A DNA stretch of 64,000 nucleotides from contig CAZNOG010000009.1 in NCBI GenBank assembly GCA_964574635.1, positions 26,220-90,219 of the forward strand, written 5' to 3'. The stretch comes from an uncultured Cryomorphaceae bacterium. Lineage in GTDB: Bacteria; Bacteroidota; Bacteroidia; Flavobacteriales_D; Cryomorphaceae. Both the position numbers and the translations under genes were made by a program. The notes under the pieces were generated by a model, which searched no databases, was not told the origin of the DNA, and was given only the letters and a program-made list of their open reading frames with translations. Of the stretch, positions 47,262 to 56,691 are shown piece by piece. Positions within the stretch are counted from its first letter, which is position 1, and each line of letters opens with the position of its first letter.

Positions 47262-47870
47262 ATGGCAAAATTGGTCATCGTCAGACACGGACAAAGCATT
47301 TGGAACAAGGAAAACAGATTCACCGGATGGGTGGACGTGGACCTGACCGAACAAGGAGTGCAGGAAGCGGAGCGCGCCGCCGAACTGCTCAAAGGGTATC
47401 AATTCGACGAGGCCTTCACTTCCGAATTGATTCGCGCCAACCGAACGCTGGACATCATCCTCGAGCGGATCGGGCAAAAGGACATACCGGTGACCAAAGA
47501 CGAGAGGCTGAACGAGCGCATGTACGGCGAGCTCCAAGGGAAGAACAAGGACGAAATGCGCGAAGAATACGGTGAGGAGCAGGTGCACATTTGGAGGCGG
47601 AGCTACGACGTGGCACCTCCCGGCGGCGAAAGCCTCAAAGACACCGCCGATCGCGTACTGCCCTATTTCGAAAAGTCCATCGTGCCCAAGTTGAAGAAAG
47701 GCGAGAACATCATCATCGCGGCGCACGGCAACAGCCTTCGTGCACTGATCATGAAATTGGAAAACCTCGACCCCAAAGAGATCACGCAGGTGGAAATCCC
47801 CACCGGAGTGCCCAAAGTCTACGAGCTCGACTCCGATCTGCGCATCCTGTCTTCCGAATTCCTGAGGTAG
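47262..47870 (+). CDS. gpmA: 2,3-bisphosphoglycerate-dependent phosphoglycerate mutase
   Basis: [20 protein letters not shown]...[10 protein letters not shown]. Confidence 0.93.
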   Translation: MAKLVIVRHGQSIWNKENRFTGWVDVDLTEQGVQEAERAAELLKGYQFDEAFTSELIRANRTLDIILERIGQKDIPVTKDERLNERMYGELQGKNKDEMREEYGEEQVHIWRRSYDVAPPGGESLKDTADRVLPYFEKSIVPKLKKGENIIIAAHGNSLRALIMKLENLDPKEITQVEIPTGVPKVYELDSDLRILSSEFLR

Positions 47871-47891
47871 TATTCACCCGGGGAGCCGGGC

Positions 47892-48476
47892 TCAGTCGGT
47901 CTTTTCCATCAACAGGGAAAACTCCACCGAAATATCGTTTTCCACTCGCACCAGCCCCAGCGCGCGACGCGGGGGCTCCAAGCCGAAATCGGAAAACCGG
48001 AGGTCTACCGCGCCCCGGATCCGCCTTCGCCCGTAGCGCAGGTCTTCCAAGGTGCACCGCATCACCAATCGGTGGTTTACGCCGGCGATCTCGATCTCCA
48101 CTTCCCCTTCCAAAACGCGCACGCCCAAGTTGGTGCGGTCGCCCCTCATGCCGATCAAACGCAGGGCGATATGCGGATATTCATCCTGTTTCAGCGTGCG
48201 CGTAAAGTCGCGGTTCATCACTTGATTGCCGCAGTCGAAAGCGTCGACCACCAGCAGGATGGTGCCCGCGAACGACGCCGTGGAACCAGACACCCTTTTC
48301 GTGAGGTACTGCATGTTCAACGGGTGGGAGATCATGCAGGTGAAGGTGTTCACGTTGCTCGTCCCCGACACTTCAACCCAACTTTCCCGAAGCAAAACCC
48401 AGCGTTCGGCCTCTTGGGCGTGTCCGAATCCGACGACGCCCGCCAAGAAGAAAAATCCCAGTACCGCGGTTTTCAT
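47892..48476 (-). CDS. divergent YceI-like periplasmic protein
   Basis: Signal peptide. GEVEIEIAGVNHRL and FSDFGLEPP parallel the YceI protein at 49846-50418. Confidence 0.6.
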   Translation of the reverse strand: MKTAVLGFFFLAGVVGFGHAQEAERWVLLRESWVEVSGTSNVNTFTCMISHPLNMQYLTKRVSGSTASFAGTILLVVDAFDCGNQVMNRDFTRTLKQDEYPHIALRLIGMRGDRTNLGVRVLEGEVEIEIAGVNHRLVMRCTLEDLRYGRRRIRGAVDLRFSDFGLEPPRRALGLVRVENDISVEFSLLMEKTD

Positions 48477-48486
48477 GTCGTGTATT

Positions 48487-48517
48487 CAAAAAGGGCGTCG
48501 GCGATGTGCCGACGCCC
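48487..48517 (-). terminator. rho-independent terminator after the porin gene
   Basis: 10-bp stem GGGCGTCGGC / GCCGACGCCC with a 5-nt loop, followed by TTTTTG on the minus strand. Confidence 0.8.
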
Positions 48518-48541
48518 GTTCCTGTTTGTTCGCCGATTCGG

Positions 48542-49804
48542 TCAGAAGCTGATCACCGCTTCGATGTTCACGCCGCTGAACTCGGCACCTTCGTACTTCG
48601 TTCCCGGGGCCCAGTCGTTGTACGTCTGCTGCATATACTCCACCTTGGCCAGCACGTTTTTGGTCATGTACCACCCCGCGCCGAAGTTGTAGCGGTCTAT
48701 GCCGAACTCATCACCGTCGGAAGTCGCCTTGCCGGTCACCATGTTGTACCGCCCTCCCACGTACAGCTGCTCCGTATTTCCGAAGCGGTACAGCAATTCT
48801 GCGCCGTACTGCGAGAACGAACCTCCCCCACTGCTCGAAGCGTTGGACACGAGTTCGTAAATCCCGAAGAATTCCACGCCGTGGTATTTCACGAAGGGGT
48901 TGATCTGCACGGCCGTCATGCGGTTGAAAGCAGGGTTGAATCGCCCTTCGAAATCGCCCGGCGTGCCTTCCTCTTCGGTGAGTATTCCGTAATAGCGGCT
49001 GCCCGCGCGGTCACCGCCGTAAAGCCAATGTCCGGTGGTTTTCCCTTGGTTGGTGTACACCGATCCCGTCAGCCTCCAGCGGAAGTCGTTCTGCTCGCCG
49101 GAGTCGTATCCCAATTTACCGTAAAAGGACACTTCGTTATCGTTTGAAGCTGGGAGAACGACGTTCTGGTTCAACTTTCCGTTGGTCAGCCCCACCACTC
49201 CGAGAAACCCGGATTTGGTCACCGTCACTTCGGCGAAGGGCTCGGTGGAAAAGGAATCCATGATGTAGTTGCCCACGAAGGGGTTGAATATGGCCCGGGC
49301 GTTGTCGCTGCGTCGGAAATGCGCGTCGCCGTAGTTGAATTCATCGAGGCCGACCGTGATGCTCACGTGTTCCATTACGCCCGACAAAAATCCGGGTTTG
49401 ATGAAGTCGAGCTTGTCGATGCGCAGGTGTCCGCCTTTCACCCAAGCTTCCGAATGGTGGCGGGAAGAAAGGTAGGTGCGCAGGTGCAGGCGCATTCCGT
49501 CGAACAATTGCACGTCCAGGTTGAGGTTGGCCGTGGGCAGGTTCAGGTTTTTGTCCAAGTCCACGAGGTTTCCCGTTTTGTTGGAGTGATCCAGTCCTTG
49601 GAATTGGATGGCGAAGTCCCCTCCCACCTGCACTTTCATGCCGGTAAAGGGTACGGTGTCGGCTTTGCCGGGCTCGAACACGTTCAGCCCGCGCTTGTCG
49701 TTGGGTCGGAAAAACTGCATTTCCCGGTCTTGGGCCAGACCAAAGTCGGGTACAAAAAACAGCGCCGTAAGGATCAAGGCGAATATTCCTGTTTTCGTTT
49801 TCAT
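48542..49804 (-). CDS. outer-membrane porin-like beta-barrel protein
   Basis: Signal peptide, an alternating beta-strand pattern, and a C-terminal ...NIEAVISF (terminal Phe). Confidence 0.7.
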   Translation of the reverse strand: MKTKTGIFALILTALFFVPDFGLAQDREMQFFRPNDKRGLNVFEPGKADTVPFTGMKVQVGGDFAIQFQGLDHSNKTGNLVDLDKNLNLPTANLNLDVQLFDGMRLHLRTYLSSRHHSEAWVKGGHLRIDKLDFIKPGFLSGVMEHVSITVGLDEFNYGDAHFRRSDNARAIFNPFVGNYIMDSFSTEPFAEVTVTKSGFLGVVGLTNGKLNQNVVLPASNDNEVSFYGKLGYDSGEQNDFRWRLTGSVYTNQGKTTGHWLYGGDRAGSRYYGILTEEEGTPGDFEGRFNPAFNRMTAVQINPFVKYHGVEFFGIYELVSNASSSGGGSFSQYGAELLYRFGNTEQLYVGGRYNMVTGKATSDGDEFGIDRYNFGAGWYMTKNVLAKVEYMQQTYNDWAPGTKYEGAEFSGVNIEAVISF

Positions 49805-49819
49805 TTCGTAGTGTTTTTA

Positions 49820-49835
49820 GGGTTTTTGTGGGTGT
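49820..49835 (-). repeat. dispersed motif ACACCCACAAAAACCC, copy (minus orientation)
   Basis: The plus strand reads GGGTTTTTGTGGGTGT, between the YceI stop and the porin start. Confidence 0.8.
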
Positions 49836-49845
49836 GTCTTTTTAA

Positions 49846-50418
49846 TCAGGTTCCCGGCCTGAAATTCAATTCGTAACTTATTTCCAGGGCATCACCGGTT
49901 TTGATGGTGCCGAACATGGCCGTGGGAGGTTTCAATCCGAAGTCGGAAAATTTCATGGGAAACTTGCCCGTGACCGCGACTGCGGTACCGCTCACCTTGG
50001 CTTGGCCCTTCGATTTTATGGTTCTCGTTTGGCCGGCCACGGTCAACTTCCCTTCGATGTCCACCGAGTTTCCCGCACCCGGCGTCACTTTGGACACGGT
50101 AAAATGAATTTGGGGGTGCTTCTTGTACTCCAGCGCTGCGTAGGCGTTATCGTCCATGCCGCCCTTGCCGCTTTTCAGCGATTTCACGGGCATGGTGATT
50201 TTGAGACCCGACACGTCGGCGAGTTTTCCGGCTTCGAGGCTGATTTCGCCCTGACCTTTGGCTTCACCCGATTCCATGACCCAGTCGTGGAGGGTGGAAG
50301 TGCCCGCTACGACCAATTTGGGATTGGGGGCGAGTACGTAATTCGTTTGCGCATATGCCGCCGCGGACAAATACACCGCGGTGAGCGTGAGCATGGCGAT
50401 ATGAATCGTTCTGTTCAT
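49846..50418 (-). CDS. YceI family polyisoprenoid-binding protein
   Basis: Signal peptide; STLHDW, HPQIHFTVSKV, GKLTVAGQTR, FSDFGLKPP. Confidence 0.85.
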   Translation of the reverse strand: MNRTIHIAMLTLTAVYLSAAAYAQTNYVLAPNPKLVVAGTSTLHDWVMESGEAKGQGEISLEAGKLADVSGLKITMPVKSLKSGKGGMDDNAYAALEYKKHPQIHFTVSKVTPGAGNSVDIEGKLTVAGQTRTIKSKGQAKVSGTAVAVTGKFPMKFSDFGLKPPTAMFGTIKTGDALEISYELNFRPGT

Positions 50419-50514
50419 TTCGTTTGGTTTTTAAAAGGTGGGATCCACCTTCGATTTTCATGACAAATATCCAAAACCACCTCCCCAAAAAAACTGACGT
50501 GATTCATCCGGGAA

Positions 50515-50530
50515 ACTGATAAATATCAGC
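50515..50530. promoter_or_regulatory. FNR/CRP-type palindrome ACTGATAAATATCAGC (TGAT-N4-ATCA core)
   Basis: Lies ~100 nt upstream of the YceI start on the minus strand. Matches the reverse complement of the 20714-20729 site in 14 of 16 positions. Confidence 0.5.
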
Positions 50531-50769
50531 GTGTATTCGGAAGTAAATAACTATATCCCCAATACCCGACTTAATTGTCGGCTAATGGATTACACGCTCG
50601 GTATTGAAAATGAACTCGATCGCGTGAAGGATGGAAGCGGCATCCCTTGCGCGCGCCGCGTTTCGCGCGTACAAGGATACAGCGGACAGCCTGACCCCGC
50701 CCTGAGAGTGGAAAATACCGGGACGAACGAGACGCACCGGATAAGAAAGTAGGCCGGCGATAAAGAGGG

Positions 50770-50788
50770 CGGGGACACGCCCAAAAAA
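50770..50788 (+). repeat. dispersed motif CGGGG(G)CACGCCCAAAAA family, variant copy
   Basis: CGGGGACACGCCCAAAAAA, preceded by GATAAAG as at the 7026 copy. Confidence 0.6.
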
Positions 50789-50830
50789 TCTCGACGCACA
50801 GAATAAAAACAATAAACAGTCGGAACCGGA

Positions 50831-50859
50831 AAAAGAAAAACCCCCTGAAAATCAGAGGG
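50831..50859 (-). terminator. terminator after tRNA-Glu
   Basis: The minus strand reads CCCTCTGA-TTT-TCAGGGGG (one mismatch) followed by TTTTTCTTTT. Confidence 0.65.
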
Positions 50860-50869
50860 TCGTAGGTAG

Positions 50870-50941
50870 TAGCCCGTAGGGGATTCGAACCCCTGCTACC
50901 AGGATGAAAACCTGGCGTCCTAACCCCTAGACGAACGGGCC
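50870..50941 (-). tRNA. tRNA-Glu (anticodon UUC)
   Basis: Hand-folded 72-nt cloverleaf. Acceptor GGCCCGT/ACGGGCT, D arm GTCT/GGAC, anticodon stem CCAGG/CCTGG with loop TTTTCAT, T arm AGGGG-TTCGAAT-CCCCT. No CCA is encoded. Confidence 0.9.
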
Positions 50942-51017
50942 GTGTGGGAATTAATCTCCCTTTGGGGCTGCAAATATACCACGAAAATCATACATACAAA
51001 CCTTTTCGGCAAAAATC

Positions 51018-51746
51018 TTAGAAGGTGGGGTCTTCATCGGATGTGGAGAACTGAAAACCAAGCCTTTTGCCGGTGCGCAAACTGATCATGCTCCTCATTT
51101 CGGTGGCTTCGCGGAGGGTGATGATTTGCACGTCTGAATAGGGCGGCACGAAGAGATCGAAGGACAAGGTATCCATGACTATGGCGAGGATGACGTGGCG
51201 CATGCACTTGGTAGTGAGCTCGGAATGGACGAAATCGTTGAACAGGTACCCGAGTTTTCGCTTGCCCTCGACGAAAAAGTGGTTCTCGCGGTTGACGAAG
51301 AGGCGCGCGAGCATGTACCCCATGTCGCGATCGCGGCGGTAGCGCATGCTGTCGGCCAGAAAATTGTACACCTGTATGGTGCCGCAATAGCCCCGGCGAG
51401 GGTCTTCCGACAGGTAATCGGACTTCCAGTAGTAGCTGTCTTCGGCGAACTTGAACACGTTGGTGTGCATGTAAAAGAGCAGCACGTCGCCCGCTACGGT
51501 GAGCTGGCAGTAATTCTCGCCCACGTCTTCGTACTTCACCTCGAGGCGGGGATCGATCTCCGCCACCTTGCGCGTCCATTCTTCCGCAAGGGTCTTCAGT
51601 ACGTCTTTCAACTCCCTGAAGCGCTCGATGGTCAACTCGTACACGTCGCGCTTTAGCACGGCTTGAGTGCGAATCCGCTCGAGTACCCTTCGTTCGAGGT
51701 CTTTCAATTGGGGGCGTTCGTTCGACTTGGCGGGTTGCTTACTCAT
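51018..51746 (-). CDS. conserved hypothetical protein
   Basis: Clean 242-aa ORF from MSKQPAK, immediately downstream of proS, with normal amino-acid composition. I recognise no motif. Confidence 0.55.
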   Translation of the reverse strand: MSKQPAKSNERPQLKDLERRVLERIRTQAVLKRDVYELTIERFRELKDVLKTLAEEWTRKVAEIDPRLEVKYEDVGENYCQLTVAGDVLLFYMHTNVFKFAEDSYYWKSDYLSEDPRRGYCGTIQVYNFLADSMRYRRDRDMGYMLARLFVNRENHFFVEGKRKLGYLFNDFVHSELTTKCMRHVILAIVMDTLSFDLFVPPYSDVQIITLREATEMRSMISLRTGKRLGFQFSTSDEDPTF

Positions 51747-51763
51747 GCTTGTGAACGTTGGGA

Positions 51764-53239
51764 TCAATAGGCGACCGCAAACAACACCCGTCTATTGGAA
51801 GGTTTTCCGGTAAAGATACATTTTCCTTCTTCGGCCTCCGCGTCGAGGGGGATGCACCGAATGGTGGCTTTGGTTTCTTTCTTGATGGCTTCTTCCGTCT
51901 CTGCTGTGCCGTCCCAGTGGGCCGACACGAATCCGCCCCGACCTTCGATGAGCTCTTTGAACTCCTCCCAGGTGTCGGCCCGGTGGGTGCCTTCTTCACG
52001 TCGCTTCAGCGCGCGTTGGAAGAGGTGGTCTTGGATGGTTTGCATCAGACCTTCGACGTGGTCAGCCGCGGCGTCGAAATCGACGAATTCCTTGCTCAGC
52101 GTATCCCTTCGGGCGATTTCGACCGTGCCCTTCTCCAAGTCACGGGGACCCATGGCGATGCGCACCGGCACGCCTTTCATTTCGTATTCGGCGAATTTCC
52201 AGCCCGGCTTCCTGTTGTCGTCGTCGTCGAACACCACTTTCAGTCCGCGCTTGCGCAATTCTTCCGTCAGAGGGTTCAACTTCGCCCTCAGTGCGTTCAA
52301 TTCCTCTTCGGTTTTGTAGATGGGCACGAGGGCCACTTGGATGGGTGCCAATTTCGGAGGCAACACCAAGCCGTTGTCGTCGCTGTGCACCATGATCAGG
52401 GCCCCCATGAGTCGGGTGGATACCCCCCAACTGGTGGCCCATACAAATTCCTCACCCCCCTCTTTCGTGGCGAAGGTGACGTCGAAGGCCTTGGCGAAAT
52501 TCTGTCCGAGAAAGTGGGAAGTACCCGCTTGTAGGGCTTTTCCGTCTTGCATCAGCGCTTCGATGCAGTAGGTTTCCAGGGCGCCCGCGAAGCGTTCGGA
52601 AGGGGTTTTCACACCTTTGATCACCGGCATGGCCATCCAGTTCTCGGCAAAATCGGCGTAGACGTCGAGCATGCGCTCGGCTTCTTCGATGGCTTCTTCT
52701 TTGGTGGCGTGGGCGGTATGGCCTTCTTGCCAGAGGAATTCGGCGGTGCGTAGGAACAGGCGGGTGCGCATTTCCCACCGCACCACGTTGGCCCACTGGT
52801 TGATGAGCAGAGGCAGGTCACGGTAGCTGCGGATCCAGTTCTTATAGGTGTTCCAAATGATGGTTTCCGAAGTGGGGCGCACGATGAGTTCTTCCTCGAG
52901 TTTGGCCGACTCGTCGACGACAATTTTTCCGGTCTCCTCGTCGTTCTTCAAGCGGTAATGAGTGACCACCGCACACTCTTTCGCAAACCCTTCCACGTGG
53001 CTGGCTTCTCGGCTGAAATACGATTTGGGGATGAAGAGGGGGAAGTACGCGTTGACGTGCCCCGTTTCCTTGAACATGGCGTCCAGCGCCGACTGCATTT
53101 TCTCCCAGACGGCGTACCCGTGGGGCTTGATGACCATGCAGCCCCGCACCTCGGAATGTTCCGCCAAATCGGCTTTGATTACCAACTCGTTGTACCAAGC
53201 GGAATAATTTTCTTCGCGTCGTGATAGTTTTTTGCTCAT
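51764..53239 (-). CDS. proS: proline--tRNA ligase (archaeal/eukaryote-like class II type)
   Basis: [41 protein letters not shown]; 491 aa. Confidence 0.95.
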   Translation of the reverse strand: MSKKLSRREENYSAWYNELVIKADLAEHSEVRGCMVIKPHGYAVWEKMQSALDAMFKETGHVNAYFPLFIPKSYFSREASHVEGFAKECAVVTHYRLKNDEETGKIVVDESAKLEEELIVRPTSETIIWNTYKNWIRSYRDLPLLINQWANVVRWEMRTRLFLRTAEFLWQEGHTAHATKEEAIEEAERMLDVYADFAENWMAMPVIKGVKTPSERFAGALETYCIEALMQDGKALQAGTSHFLGQNFAKAFDVTFATKEGGEEFVWATSWGVSTRLMGALIMVHSDDNGLVLPPKLAPIQVALVPIYKTEEELNALRAKLNPLTEELRKRGLKVVFDDDDNRKPGWKFAEYEMKGVPVRIAMGPRDLEKGTVEIARRDTLSKEFVDFDAAADHVEGLMQTIQDHLFQRALKRREEGTHRADTWEEFKELIEGRGGFVSAHWDGTAETEEAIKKETKATIRCIPLDAEAEEGKCIFTGKPSNRRVLFAVAY

Positions 53240-53365
53240 AATGGTTTTTGGAATGGTATTTGCAACTCCTGCGGTGAACCGACCTTGCATCGACAAAAGG
53301 AATTGCCGGGTCGAAAGTAAAGTTTTTTAACTTTATCACAGAATAATCCAGAAGGGAGGTAGATC

Positions 53366-54733
53366 ATGAAGACCGTAAAAAACACACTGTACACGCTGGC
53401 CGCCATCGCGGTGCTCGCTTCTTGTTCCAGCAACAAGGACTTGGCGTATCTCGACGAGTACGACGACTTGTACTATACGGGCACCGAGCGCGTGGAAAGC
53501 AAGCCCGCACAAACTGAATTTACCGGCGACGACGGCTCGCCGGAATCCGCGTATTATGGAAACAGCGGATACAACGAAGGGCCATCCGACGCGGAACCCA
53601 TCGAGGAAACCGACGGCGAAGCATATTACGACCCCGACTACGCACGACGCATCGAAAACTTCCACCGCAGCGACGATTCGGATTACATCTACGATCGCGC
53701 GTACGGTTCCTCGCCCCGCCTGAGCCTGAACTTCGGGTACAGCTCCTTCGGACCGGGATGGGGAATGGGCTTCTCCTACGGTTACGGCAACTGCTTCGGG
53801 TGCTACACCAGCCCCTGGTATACGCCTTACTACTACAGAGCCCCCTTCATGTGGAGGTACTCCTTCTACTACAGCCCCTTCTATTACCGATACCGATTCT
53901 ATGACCCTTGGGCGCCGTTCGGATACGCCTACTACCCGTACTCCTATCCCTACTACGCTTATCCGGGTTATGGATACCACCCGGGATGGGGATACCCCTA
54001 TTACGGCAGCGACTACGGTTACCACAGCAACGTGGAGTACACCCCGCGTGAAGATTCCTACAGCGGTTCCCGGGGCGGAGTAGTGCGCACAGGTGATCGT
54101 GGCGGAGTAGTGGATGGCCCGAAGGACACGAATTCCCAACGCGCGAGGGACGGTAGAACCGTACGTGAAAGGCCGGTCGACGCACAACAAACCGAATCGC
54201 AAAGCCCGACGACGGAGCGTGAGCGCGAGACTCGCCAAAGGCCTACGGGCACACGTGACTCAAACGTTTCACCCCGGAACGATTATTATTACGACGCCGG
54301 TGAACGAGACCGCGTGATCCGCTCCCGAGGCGACGTGGATCGTACACCGTCGAACACCCGGGATACGCGTGGAGTAACCACTCCGCCGACCCGAAGGTCG
54401 ACGCCCGCAACGCGTCCCCGAAGCCCCGAGCCAACCACTTCACCGTACACCCGCCAAAGGTCGCGTGAAGTACCGAGCACCCGTCCACGACCCGCACCCG
54501 AAACGCGTCCCCGCACGGCCCCCACTCAGCGACCGAGCAGAACGGCCCCGACCAGAACGGCACCGAGTAGAACTGCCCCGACAAGAACGGCACCGAGCCG
54601 CAATTACTCGACGCCTCCTTCCATGCAGAGAAGCTCACCCTCGAGAACTCCCTCGGTATCGCCGTCACCTTCAAGAAGCTCGGGCGGTTCCGGACGAAGT
54701 TCGTCACCGACCAGAGCTCCGAGGAGCAGATAA
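53366..54733 (+). CDS. low-complexity lipoprotein (acidic N-terminal region, Tyr/Pro/Gly-rich core, Arg/Pro/Thr/Ser-rich tail)
   Basis: Lipobox LASCSS and a GGAGG located 7 nt upstream of the ATG. The long antisense ORFs are mirror images of the low-complexity sequence. Confidence 0.7.
   Translation: MKTVKNTLYTLAAIAVLASCSSNKDLAYLDEYDDLYYTGTERVESKPAQTEFTGDDGSPESAYYGNSGYNEGPSDAEPIEETDGEAYYDPDYARRIENFHRSDDSDYIYDRAYGSSPRLSLNFGYSSFGPGWGMGFSYGYGNCFGCYTSPWYTPYYYRAPFMWRYSFYYSPFYYRYRFYDPWAPFGYAYYPYSYPYYAYPGYGYHPGWGYPYYGSDYGYHSNVEYTPREDSYSGSRGGVVRTGDRGGVVDGPKDTNSQRARDGRTVRERPVDAQQTESQSPTTERERETRQRPTGTRDSNVSPRNDYYYDAGERDRVIRSRGDVDRTPSNTRDTRGVTTPPTRRSTPATRPRSPEPTTSPYTRQRSREVPSTRPRPAPETRPRTAPTQRPSRTAPTRTAPSRTAPTRTAPSRNYSTPPSMQRSSPSRTPSVSPSPSRSSGGSGRSSSPTRAPRSR
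54539..54598 (+). repeat. 4 tandem 15-nt units encoding RTAP(T/S)
   Basis: AGAACGGCCCCGACC / AGAACGGCACCGAGT / AGAACTGCCCCGACA / AGAACGGCACCGAGC. Confidence 0.85.
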
Positions 54734-54916
54734 TCGCCTGCGTACATCGGCGGTGAAGGGCCCGCCCCTCACCGCCGGTAGACGCCCGCAACTCGGGAAT
54801 TCGGCGGCGGAATGGATTGAGCGGATGCGGTCGATCGAGGACGGCTCCGCTCAAATCACGGGCCCGGCACGCGGTACGAAAGCGAGAAAAACCACACACA
54901 CTCAACCCTTATTGAC

Positions 54917-56377
54917 ATGAAACGACCTGCGCTCCTTCTCTTATTCGCCTTCCTGTGCACGGGGGGATTGTTCGCACAAAACGACGCAGACGTAAGTCGC
55001 TATACACACAATCCCGTACTCGGCACCGCGAGGTTCAACGCCTTGGGCGGAGCCTTCGGCGCCTTGGGTGGCGACATGACTTCCCTGCACATCAACCCCG
55101 CCGGAGTGGGAGTCTACCGCTTCGGCGAATTGTCGGTCAGTCCCGGATTGGAAATGAACTCCATCACGGGCAAAATCGGCTCGATGAACAACGAGGAACT
55201 GACCGTGAAACCGGTCATAAACAACATCGGGTTCGTCTTGGTCAACGAAGTGAATTCCAACCCCAACTGGAGGTCGATCAACTTCGCGGTTTCTTACAAC
55301 CGGCTCAACACCTTCAACGATAAACTCGGCCTGCACGACAACTTGGCGAGCCAGTGGTCTCTGAGCCACGACTTCGCGAGTGACGCAAATGGGTATTTGT
55401 TGAGCGAATTGAGCGATTACAACACCGGACTGGCTTGGGACACCCACCTCATCGACAGCGTAGCCCCCTATCAATACGAATCTTACGTGCCTTCGGGCAT
55501 CGGCGTCGATCAGGATCAAACGATCGAAAGGAGCGGCCGCTTGGCGGAAACCAGCATCACCGTGGGGGCCAATTACCTCGACAAATTGTACATCGGTGCA
55601 GGCATTGGTTTCCAGACCGCCGAATTCAAAGAAATCGCCCGTACCACCGAAACACCCGACCCCAACGCGGGATTGGATCTCGTGGACTACACGTTTACCG
55701 AGCGATTGCACGCCCAAGGGGTCGGGGTCAACTTCAAACTCGGGTTGATTTACCGCGCCACCGACTACATCAGACTCGGGGGATCCGTGCAAACGCCCAC
55801 CGTGTTTTCCATGTCCGACAGCTACTCCACCTCAGTCTCCACCAGTTGGATCGATCCCACCGAAATCATCGCTTCGGATAGCCCCAACAGCTATTTCGAG
55901 TATCGGGTGCGCACTCCTTGGAGGTTAATGTTCGGAGCGGCGGGGGTGATCGGCGACAAAGCCATCGTCACCGCGCAGTACGAACGCGTGGATTTCACAG
56001 GCGGCGAGTTGCGCAATACCGGAACCGGAAAAGCCGATTTCTCCTTCGCCAACCGCACTTTGAAGAGGGACTACCGCAGCGCCGACATCGTGAGGACGGG
56101 ATTGGAATACCGCTTGACCAAAACCTTCTCGGCACGCGCCGGGTTCGCGTACTTCTCCAACCCCATCGAAGTGCACCGAGAGTGGTACGACGGCCTCGAG
56201 CTCAACCGCCTCGATTACAGCTTCGGTCTGGGCTACAGGGGCGCCGGTTGGAACATCGATGCCGCCTACCGCTTGGCGACCTTCGAAGAACCCACCACCA
56301 TCTCCCGCTTTTCCAACCTCGCCGTCGTGCAAAACCAGCTCTCGTCCGTGGTACTCACCTTGGGATTCCGAATGTAA
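54917..56377 (+). CDS. outer-membrane beta-barrel protein (FadL/OmpP1- or PorV-like, tentative)
   Basis: Signal peptide, NALGGAFGALGGD...NPAGVG, and a C-terminal ...VLTLGFRM. Confidence 0.65.
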   Translation: MKRPALLLLFAFLCTGGLFAQNDADVSRYTHNPVLGTARFNALGGAFGALGGDMTSLHINPAGVGVYRFGELSVSPGLEMNSITGKIGSMNNEELTVKPVINNIGFVLVNEVNSNPNWRSINFAVSYNRLNTFNDKLGLHDNLASQWSLSHDFASDANGYLLSELSDYNTGLAWDTHLIDSVAPYQYESYVPSGIGVDQDQTIERSGRLAETSITVGANYLDKLYIGAGIGFQTAEFKEIARTTETPDPNAGLDLVDYTFTERLHAQGVGVNFKLGLIYRATDYIRLGGSVQTPTVFSMSDSYSTSVSTSWIDPTEIIASDSPNSYFEYRVRTPWRLMFGAAGVIGDKAIVTAQYERVDFTGGELRNTGTGKADFSFANRTLKRDYRSADIVRTGLEYRLTKTFSARAGFAYFSNPIEVHREWYDGLELNRLDYSFGLGYRGAGWNIDAAYRLATFEEPTTISRFSNLAVVQNQLSSVVLTLGFRM

Positions 56378-56386
56378 GGTCGTAGG

Positions 56387-56404
56387 TTTTTGGGCGCGCC
56401 CCCG
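56387..56404 (-). repeat. dispersed motif CGGGGGC(G/A)CGCCCAAAAA, copy
   Basis: The plus strand reads TTTTTGGGCGCGCCCCCG, 10 nt after the OMP stop. Confidence 0.6.
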
Positions 56405-56491
56405 ATGACCCCCGTCGGTTCGTTGTGCCACTGCCCCGACGTCTATCCCCGTCTTTCCATTCCACTATCGGGGTCGGGTCGTCCGCTGTAT

Positions 56492-56582
56492 CTTCCGTGC
56501 TTTTCGCGGGGTCGGCACGCCGTTTCGGGGGCTCACGATCGCCCCGCCCCGTCGGCCGTCCCGGGCGAGAAAAGCACGGAAG
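56492..56582. other. 14-bp perfect long-range inverted repeat closing a 63-nt GC-rich segment (candidate structured RNA)
   Basis: CTTCCGTGCTTTTC (56492-56505) pairs with GAAAAGCACGGAAG (56569-56582). The interior contains further GGGGC/GCCCC pairings. Confidence 0.4.
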
Positions 56583-56662
56583 GATGCCGCTACCGCCCCT
56601 CGCGCAAATCCCGACCCGAGGCAACCTCAACGACGGCCATGTGGCTCCCGAATTCGGTCAGA

Positions 56663-56691
56663 CAAAAAAAAGAGCGGCACTCGGCCGCTCT
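56663..56691 (-). terminator. rho-independent terminator after the DUF164 gene
   Basis: The minus strand reads AGAGCGGC-CGAGT-GCCGCTCT followed by TTTTTTTT. Confidence 0.85.

Noticed and set aside
50690-50730. TPP riboswitch, suggested by the CCCTGAGAGTGGAAAATACCGGG (CTGAGA-like) string
   Set aside because: There is no GGGGTGC-type P1/P2 partner and no downstream thiamine gene. The next feature is a tRNA on the opposite strand.
53336-54238. 300-aa minus-strand ORF and other ORFs overlapping the Tyr-rich lipoprotein gene
   Set aside because: These are mirror-image low-complexity sequences (Val/Arg/Gly-rich) with no signal peptide or start context. The plus-strand ORF has a lipobox, an SD-like site and a sensible gene context.
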